The position numbers and the translations under genes were made by a program. Of a stretch of 64,000 nucleotides of DNA, positions 12,701 to 22,900 are shown piece by piece. Where the stretch lies: NCBI GenBank assembly GCA_965113315.1, contig OZ220363.1; one strand, written 5' to 3'. Every line of letters starts with the position of its first letter. Positions within the stretch are counted from its first letter, which is position 1. Origin of the DNA: Podarcis vaucheri (Eukaryota). Below the pieces are notes generated by a model. The model searched no databases. It was not told the DNA's origin and was given only the letters and a program-made list of their open reading frames with translations.

Positions 12701-15700
12701 ATTAAAGAGATGGTAAACAATTCTTGTTACACTTTATTTATGAACACAATTCAGACATTAAGAATAAGATTAAGAATAAGATTAAGATTAAGAATAAGTG
12801 TTGCATAATATATATTTTTAACATGGAAAATAATAACTAAGCCACCACCTCTATTCTTCTCTGTCGTTGTTTTTATCCTGTAGGGCTAACATTACTATTA
12901 AAACTTTGATTTAAATTTTAGCAAGTCTATAGACACACTCAGTATAGACACACTTCATCTTTTTGACAAGACATGTGAAACTATGACAGGAATAGGACTA
13001 GTGTTTGTTTTTTTCCACATATCTTCCAATTTCCTTCACAACTTAGGCCAAGGTTTGAAGGCACCTTATAATGTGCTTGTACAGTAGTACCTCGGGTTAC
13101 AGACGCTTCAGGTTACAGACTCCACTAACCCAGAAATACTACCTTGAGTTAAGAACTTTGCTTCAGGATGAGAACAGAAATCGTGTGGCAGCAGCAGGAG
13201 GCCCCATTAGCTAAAGGGGTACCTCAGGTTAAGAACAGTTTCAAGTTAAGAACGAATTAAGTTCTTAACCTGAGGTACCACTGTATCTCATTTTATCCAA
13301 ACAATCCTGTGAGGCAGCAGGACTGGCATTGACCTTTACAAGGCCAACAGCTGGTACAATGAATGCAAGGTTGAAAGACAAAGGCATGTGGCACTGACCT
13401 GAAGCACGCACAAGCCAAGAATGGTTAGGTGGCAGAGTATAAGCCATGAGCCACTTTGCTTTCTTACCTGCATTAACGGGTTTATCATGTGGAAGTACAT
13501 GAAGAGAACTTGACTTGTCCTTAATGTTTCTCAGATCCCATATCTTTACTGTCTGATCCACAGAGGCTGTAGCTAAGAGCCAATCACAGTGAGAATTGAA
13601 TTCCACGTGAGTTACTTTCTTTTTGTGCAGTTTCAGGTTCCATACCTGCAGTGGATAAAACAAAAGCCGAAATGCATTACAACTACAGAGCAAGAGATTT
13701 AGACATCAAACATACTTTTCTAGGAGATGGTAAAACCTCTTTAAAAAAAATAATGATATGGAAGACAGGAGAATATATGCTTGTATTTCTAAATCAGCCT
13801 AATAAAGACAATTCCAAAACTCTACCAGAGATCAAAGATTAATCTAAATAAGGAACTTCCAGGTTCTCCTCCTGGGGAATATGATCTCTGTAGTAAAGGG
13901 AACTTTTGGTTCTCCAGATGTTGTAATACTACAACTCCCGTAATCCTTGATCAGTGGCCTTGCTGGCTGGGACTGATAGGAGTCCAAAATCATCCATGAT
14001 ATATATTCTAAGTCAGGGCAACATTAGGCAGATGTTAAAAATACCAAAAACCTATGTATGTCTGATCAAAGCAGGCTGTAAGGCAAAGAGGAGGGGCACA
14101 CTAACCTTTTCGCCCTCAGTACTGAGCAGAACTACGTTGCCCACATTATCACCTGTCGCCACAGTCCGGCAAGTTGCAGATACATCAACACTGCAGTACC
14201 AGAAACTAAAAAAGAAAGAAGTACAAATTCAGAATGTTCACCCCCTAGATGTACAACTAAGGTGGTTCTCTGTTCTTAGCAGAATGCAAAAACAGTATTT
14301 ATATAAATAATGGAATCACAGCTGCGCTGAACTGAACCCTAGTGGCATTCTGATGTGGGATCAGTGTTGGATTATTTATCAAGTAGTGTAACAAACCCAA
14401 CAGGCATCACTTGGAAAAACCAAGCACACTCTTTAAAACATTCACAATGTGTATCGCATCAGTTCTAAGTATTTGAAATGAACACTAATTTTAAGTGTTG
14501 GAAAAGGGGTAGATAAGTTTGGACGTCATGAAACACAGGAACCCAAAGCTAGCCCAAGACACTTCACTGCCTAATGTATAGGTCAAGATGGCTCACTACC
14601 ATCACACACACACTCCCATTCCATGGATACAGAAGCTGAGCAGACTGGCAGATGACTCTTATTTTCAGCACTGGGGGTGCGACAGCATCCACCACACTTC
14701 AGAGCAACAGGCTAGCTTAGGGGGCAGGAAATAGGGGCAGAAGGCAGACCTTGTGGCACACACTGCTCTTATAGGGAAATAGTTTAGGAGCTCAGAAAGT
14801 AGAGCAACGGCCTTCTACTACTGCCCTAAAACATCTGCCAACATATTCTGCCCAATGGTAGGGTTCGCCCTGCAAGTGTGAGAGCCAAGTCACACTTTCT
14901 GTGGCAGATGAGATTGCTTCTTATCTTTCACATGCCTTCCAGTGAACCTCCAGAATGCTTGAAAAAGAAACCCAGATCTAAACAAGCATTAGAATTCTAT
15001 ACATTCCTCTTTCTTTGAGCATATTGCATGCTACCTCCCAATACTAACTCCCAAACATGAGGTGCAATTTATATCTTCAAAAAGTTTCCCTTCCTGTATT
15101 ACTTTGTTTTAATGGGAGACAAGCAGCTGATAAATGTTCCTGCTATATGAAAGCAGACCTTATTGGCTCTGATGCACAGTCACACTTGCTCAGTTCGGGA
15201 CAATTAGGCAGTGTAAAAATAAAACCCCAGAACCTGTCTTGTTCACTCTTCTTTGAGCATGCGTGACATGGTTAGAGTGCTGCAGTTTGTAGAATTCCTA
15301 CTGAAAAAGTTGTTTGCCTTCTCTATGTGTCAGGTGTGCTATACAGGGTATGCTATGCACCCAAGGAAAGAGGGATTTCCAGCATCTCAACACTCCATCA
15401 AGCAAAACACTACTCAAGTGCTCATGCCCACGAAAAAGCCAAACTACTTCCATTTGCTATTATGCACAACAGTAATCGTATTCCAATCCACATGATCAGA
15501 AACGTATTGCCTCCAATAGGCCCAGGGAAACAGCCCAAGCAAATGCTAATAATCTGTCCTGGCACATTCAAAGGAAGGGTAAAGGAAATTTATGAGCTGA
15601 ACAACGACACTGCCGTTCTGACTCCTCACCAAACATCATGGAATTCATGATCACAGACTGGGGTGCGGGAGATCACTTGCGCTGGTCGGCCCTCAAGGTG

Positions 15701-18700
15701 CTGTAGACTAAGGGTGCCATCCCCTGAAGCCACATAAAGATTTGCCGACTCAAATGGGCTGAATTTCATGCCTCCAAGAGAGTCTCCTGGGCCTTTCTGG
15801 AACACAGATGGGAAGAGGAGAGGAATATGCCTAAGTTACTGAGGAAGGGTGGGAATAGGCAGTCAGCACAACCTGGCAGAAATGCACTGAGTTCAGGCTC
15901 TAGGTGAATTCACACCTACCTACTTAATGCTGAACATTGCACCTTGTACAGTACTAGCTCTGAACTAGTTAACTTCTCAGATGTTGCATGCAAATTTCTT
16001 TCAGAAGTTCCACTTCAAAAATGTTGAGAAGCTATACAATATCCTCTTCAAAAGCACCAAGCAATTTAAAAAAAACACTAAGAGAGAAACATTAAGCCAT
16101 CTGTGTGCTAGTAGACTGGTTTATCAAGCTCCTTCTTGCGGAACTATTAGTATTGACTTTCTACTCTTACATTCTTTAACACTTCCAGTACCTATTTAAA
16201 CATAGAGCAAACAAAGAATTTTGCAGAGCTAGGATAATTCTGAGGACAACATATAACATTATGTCTCAAGTCACGACACACAACCTCTGTCTTTAAACAA
16301 GTATAGTACTAAATATTCCCAACTGTGTATAGAAAACGCAAATAAGTTCTGCACCTTTATGATAAAGCCAGGCAACTTCCCACATATTAAAAAGTTCTCT
16401 TCAGCTACATTAAGGTTCCTCTTGTTCCAACTAAAGGATGTGAATGTGGCAACTGCAACTTGATATCCCTCCACACAATTGAAAAACCAAGAATAAATTG
16501 AACACTAGGGCTTGCTGATCAGAAGGTTGGCAGTTCGAATCCCCATGACGGGGTGAACTCCCGTTGGTTGGTCCCTGCTCCTGCCAACCTAGCAGTTCGA
16601 AAGCGTGTCAAAGTGCAAGTAGATAAATAGGTACCACTCTGGTGGGAAGGTAAATGGCGTTTCCGTGCGCTGCTCTGGTTCGCCAGAAGCAGCTTAGTCA
16701 TGCTGGCCACATGACCCGGAAGCTGTACGCCGGCTCCCTCGGCCAGTAAAGTGAGATGAGCGCCATAACCCCAGAGTCGGCCATGACTGGATCTAATGGT
16801 CAGGGGTCCCTTTACCTTTACTATTCCATCCTATTGAACCTCAGCACTGAAATTGTCCATTATATATTTCTAGGAAGGTATTCGTTCACAACCTCTCTGC
16901 AGCTGCATCCAGTGCATTGTTTATTTTACTTCTCAACAACCATTGGATCTTCTGGAGATTCCATAGCGTAGAGGAAAACTAATCTAACTCCATCAATCTT
17001 CGCTTTGCTGCATCAAAATGTGAAGACTTCACACAAAAACTTATGTCACATTTATTCCTTTACACAAGGACCTCCATCTGTGGAGGAGTATAAAAATATT
17101 ACATGAGGATATCCAAGCATGTGTCTGTTTTGCTTCTGATATATGCTTCAGATAACTACTGTGAGAATCAGATTCCTGATGCCTGAATTAGGAGGAAAAT
17201 AAAACACTCATGCAACCAAACCTACATTCAGGTCGACACAGATAAAAGTTTATTCACACATTCTTCCCAAAGCTGGTGTTAATATCAGTATCAGGACAAA
17301 GTAACATCAAATAAAGTGCTCAATGAAGTTTCAAAAGATCCTAAGATAGCTTAAGAACAAAAAATGTGAAACTGGTAAGCATTCAAAATGAACCCAAAAA
17401 CAAGGGATATGGTATCACAAGATGCTGACAAAATAAGGATGAAAAAGAAGAAGAAAATAAATCCTAATGTATCTCAGTCTATTGTCATTGAAGGCTTTCC
17501 TCAAGTGTCAAAATAAAAAGCAGCCTAGAGATCTCTGTTAACAGCATCGCTTATTCACAGCTGGCAACACAGGTGGATGCCACAATATTCAACAGACCTA
17601 TTGCGGCAAGAAAGTTTGTGAAGAGCCCACTTCATCAGATGCACTTCTTAAAGGTGCTACAAGGCTCTTTTTTGTGTTTGCTCATAGTCCGAAACACTGG
17701 TGGCCCAGAATAAATGTAAATTGTAATATTGAATGTGTATGTTTCATTTGTAAATATAATTCAAACAAGCTTAGGAACACAATAAAATAATTTCCACTCC
17801 TTTGTCACGTGCACAGGGGAGTTCCCAAACTACCAATCCCCTACCACATTTCCAACACAAATTTGTTCTGTTATGGCTCTTTATCTATCTATTCATTACA
17901 GTATGTTTGTTATTGCGCAGGTATATGTCACATTTACAGACAGATCATGTACACTTAAGGCCATAAATTCAATCTGATGCATATTTGGGAAATATATCTC
18001 TGCCAAATGAGAAAGAACCCTTTAGGCAAAGAGATAGGCTTCTGCAAAATGATTCACTATGTTTTCCATAGCGATATCAAATTGTACACTGTTTTGCTCC
18101 ACATTGTTTTTTTACTTATGTAACCTGCCTTAAGGCCCAGTTTCAGGGGGCTAGAAGATAAAGTACATGATTAAAGCAAATAGTAGCGATTCAAGAAGAG
18201 CAAATCATTCACACTCTGAGTGAATAACTCTGGTAAGACCAGGGTGAGGGCCGACCCATGCCGAAATTGCACCACTTCCTCTGTTTTGTTGCCTTCTAAT
18301 ACTAGAAGCAGTGAGAGGTGGGAAAAACTTTTATCACATCTTACTCCCAGTTGTCGGTACTGGTGAAGACTCGAATTGTATTTCCATTAAAATCCCGCAG
18401 GGCAGTAGTTCCAGCAACTGATGAAGTGTACAGCTCACTAGGGTTAAAAGGGTTAAACTTCATTCCTGTGATGGCCCCTCCAGTTCTCATCTATAATGAA
18501 CGGGATGAATAAAAACAGAAAGCCACTCAGAGATGAGGAAGAAGGAAAGTCCCTCTTGTTATCTCATCTAACACCAGTACAAGGCAGCATTCATCTTTAT
18601 GTGGCATTAGCCAAGCTGAACAAATATCCTCATAGAGGAGAAGTTTCCTCTGGCCAATACCATTTCTGTTAAATAACTGCCATGTTGAAGAGCAAGCCTG

Positions 18701-19939
18701 CAGAACTCCTGGCACCGTCTACATCTTGAGTGGCTTGGCTCAGCTTCTTCTCAAGGTTGCCACCATGAACTAAACTGTTGAAAGTCACCTACTCAACCTC
18801 TTTACAAGAATGGGTTGTTCTGTGAACAGTTGCTAAAGGACTGAACCTAAGGGTACCAGAGGTGGGAGCAGGGAAAGGGATAAAGGATAAGACTGCAGAC
18901 AAGTAATGTCCCAATGGCGGGAGGGTACTATATATGAAGAGTTTCAGGAGCTCAATTTCAGGGCTGAATTATTACCTTCTTGTGAGGATTTGGGAGGATA
19001 AAATGCAACATGGAGGTGATGCCAGGAAAGCTGTTCTGGATGATAAACAACAGCTTGGGAACTCTGAAACTTCCATATTCATTGTTGCCATAATACTCGC
19101 CCTTATTTTTGTTTGATAAAGGTGCAAAGGAAAGTCCAATGTCATGTTTCTGCCCAGAGTATTCGTCTTAGGCTTTTGTGAGCTTTTCTTTGGAATGCCT
19201 AAGACGATATTATTTTAAAAAATATTTGCTTGAATACAGACAGATATACAAATTATAGCAGCTCAGTATCCTTGGAGAAGACTTGGAATTCTCAAGGAAG
19301 CTATTTTCTGCCTCTGGGTTTGCTCACCCTTTAGAAAAGATGAAGTTCACTCCACAGATAAACACAAGTGTATTTTGCCAAGGAATTATTAACAATTCAA
19401 AGCAAGGCCGATGGAAAATATTATTTCATTTGCGGGGACCTCATTCCTTCAACTCAATGAAGTACTTTCACATCTAACAAAGCATGAAGCTGAAGTAAAG
19501 AGTTAAGACAAATAAAAAACCTCTCCAAATATGTATGTATTTTCTATTTCAGAGTAAAAATTATCTAACTCAAATATATAGCCAGATCATTCCCTTGCAT
19601 AGAAAGCTGGGAAATTACAACACAGATTTATCCAGTGCAATGGAGTTCTAACTAGAAGCCTTCATCATTAATCTACATACCGCTCTAACACAGAGCTTGC
19701 ATAGACACTGCATTCGATCTTCACAATGACTTACCCCTTTTATGAAGCAGCTTTTATTAAGCATTTCATAGTCCCAAAGGATGATGTCTCCACCTTTGGA
19801 GCCCACAGCAACTGTGCTGGGGTGTGTTGGGTGCCATTCCAAGCATGTAACCCTCCTGTCAAAGGGACTTGCTGTGCGGAACAGGCGGTACGAATAGAGG
19901 GAACGTACAAAGGGCACCTGAAGACACTGTTACAAAGAC

Positions 19940-19979
<40 letters not shown>

Positions 19980-22900
19980 GCCCTGCAATTCCCATAAACT
20001 CAAGTCTGTGCTACTCTTCCAACTACTGTATACTGCTAACAGGTTCAACTGTGGACCATACTACACTACATGCATCCATATGTATCTTCCCTCTAATTTT
20101 CTTTTTTAACAAAAAACAACCTGTAGATCAGGTGTGGATCAGGAAGCTTTTTGGCCAGATCTTCATCTCCCCACACCCTGCAGGCTAACTTTGATAGGTG
20201 AGTCAATGAGCTGTCAATCAGCTGATGTCATAATGATGTCATAATGTTGTCAACATGCATTTCTGCATCTAGATGATGCAAGCTTCACCAGAGGTACAAC
20301 AAGAGGAGCTGTGGAACTCTTTATCTACTCGTTTTTTCTACTTTAAATTGTTCCCCTCCCCAGCTGGGTTTTCTCCAGAAATGATAAGGGGAAAAGGAAT
20401 ATGGTGAGAAGATAAGCAACACGACAATGAGAAATTATTATCCTGTCCATACAGGGGCAAGAGTGAAAAGAAATGGTACTATGCATTTCCAGAATTAAAG
20501 GCTTACATTTGATGTGGTGGAGCAAAGGAAAAGTTTGTAGATAGCCATGGTTTAGCGTTGCATCTCATCATAGCCTTAATGCTATGAGCCTGAGCAAAGC
20601 ACTACAGTCACAAACTCCCCCCTTCTCCTCACCGCCTCCTGCATGGCTAAATCAGCAGGATTTACTTTAGCTTTTAAAGAATCCCAGCTTAGTTACAATT
20701 GGACCAAGGATGTTGTTTTTATAGAAACTCCAGTTAGCCTATCAAAACAGGCCAGCTTCATAATCCATGGTTTCGAGTTGACTTGTTATGAAACTTACTA
20801 GAGTTTTGTTTTAAACCAGGATTCCTGGTTCAAAAATAATGCTAAGCCAATATACTTTAAAAGTGGAACTATACTCTGCCAGTATCCCTCTCCCAATTGC
20901 ACAGGAGGAGGTGGATGGAGAGTCAGTCTTTCTCAAGCTCATTCTAGCTAAACCATCATTTAGCATTATGTGCAAATGCAACCAGAGTGTCATGCAGTCA
21001 GGTGGATTTTTAAAAAGGAAAGATCTACACATGGCTGCATTATGCATACTATAGAGGAGGGAACATAAACATGGGTCAAACAGCCAATAATAAAAGAACT
21101 GTAACTCTTTTCTCCTCCACACTACTATGCAGAGTATGCATTTAGATAGAAATAGAAACTGCAGGAACCTCAGGTGTTCGGCCAGTTTGTAAGGAAAAAC
21201 ACCTACCTTTCTGAGCTGTGTCCCAATAGCACCACCCAGCATATTCTGATGTAGATAATGGACAATGTTCTTCTGTGTCTCTCGCTGATGGAAGAACACT
21301 CCTGTTTTTCTGACCATGGATCCATGGAAAGCTTCTCCTGCCAGACAAAAGCAAAAGTTATATTACTACCTACTTACATGCTCACTTAGGACAGATTTCA
21401 GGTTTTTTTTATAAAAAAAAATGGACACATACCCCAAACTGGAGCCAGGTGCAATGAAACAAAAAAAAATACTTTAAAACAAATTCTAATCAGTTTTCAA
21501 AACAAGCCACTTCAAATCATGAGTGATAAGGCTGGCTTGTTAAATTAACCAGAGCCTATTTTAAACTGCAGTCTCTGGTTTAATTGTAATAACAAGCCAG
21601 GATTCTGTGAAAGCAAAATAAAACACTGCTGAAGTCTCTTGCTGAACATGTTGAAGGAGGTAGGGCGTATACAAGCCCAAGTTTGGGTTGGACTGATTCC
21701 AGCTTCTTACACATTTAATGCTAAACTACTACATGCAAAGTACTCCACTGGGCTCAATGAGGCTTACTCTCTGGTTAAGTATGAATAGCATTGCAGGTTA
21801 ACTCTCACTACACTAGACTAGGAGCAGCAAACTTTGGCAACCACTGGTTAGGTGGGCGTATAATGTTGAGTGGTTTAAGTTTCTGAGCTACTCCAACTCT
21901 TCAGTTGGCTGGGTGTTAAGCAAAAAAAAACACCAAAATAGCAGAGGGCAATGAGAAGACTATGCAAGGAAATAACAATGGCTGCAACAGGCCTGAAAAA
22001 AACAGAGGCTGTATTTTGCCCCCTTTCTGAACTGAAATAGGTTAGCAGTCAGTATAGCTCTACCAGGTTAAAAATGAGCTAAAAACTAAGGTAGCTGGAG
22101 ACATCATTCTTAAAGCACAGTGGAAGAAAATAAATATCGGCCCAGTTTAGGATAAAAGCACAATATTCCAGATACTTCCAAAAGAATGAGTACATAAACC
22201 CCAGCCAAGCCCCCCGGAGTTCCTGCAGAAACAGAATATTCCAGGTTTGTTCTGTAGCCTACAGAAAATGTGCAGAGCTATTGGCAGGCTGTTCTCAACA
22301 AACAAACCTGCTGACTCTTCATGGAAAAGTCTAAAAACACTGTTGTCCAGGGAGAATTTTGCTGAGCAACTCAGCTTGGGATTTGTTTTCGAACATTGGT
22401 TCTGTGTTTTGTGTTTAATTACCAGAGGCATCTACAGCAACACAGAATCTGACTGCAACATATCTAATCACCCCCAAAGCAAAGGAATACGGCATATTGC
22501 AATTTCTTAGGAGTCAGACGACAACAGTCCTCATCATGAGGTAGAAGCAGATCAAATGAAACTCTTGAAACATGTATTTTTGCAAGGAAGGGTCCATAAT
22601 AAAACAAAAGTGTTTCCTTAGTCAACCAAAAGGTGAGAATATTAAGGATGCAACCCCCATTCAAATAACAGCAAAACTCCCCACTGATTTTAACTGGCCT
22701 GGTAATAGTAGCATGACATAAAATGTCATAGTAGCATACATAAAAGGGGGCACAAACAGAGGTGTTGAGTGCTCCCCCATCCCTGGCAAGTACTTTTCTT
22801 ATAGTCAGTCTTACTTTAAACCAGAGATTTCCAAACTGTGTGCTGTGACACCGTAGTGTGCACTTTGTAGGTGTGTCGCGTGAACACTTCCTGCACTCTT

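Noticed and set aside
17601-17645. Second hammerhead-like motif, sense to DDB2, in the intron between exons 4A and 4B
   Set aside because: Minus strand has CTGATGAAGTGGGCTCTTCACAAAC: the GAAA core is lost and stem II is poor, so it is probably an inactive Penelope relic.
15630-18490. Assembly artefact or haplotype duplication as the explanation for two exon 4s
   Set aside because: The exons differ in length and at most amino acids, and the flanking introns show no visible similarity, which is incompatible with a recent or artefactual duplication.
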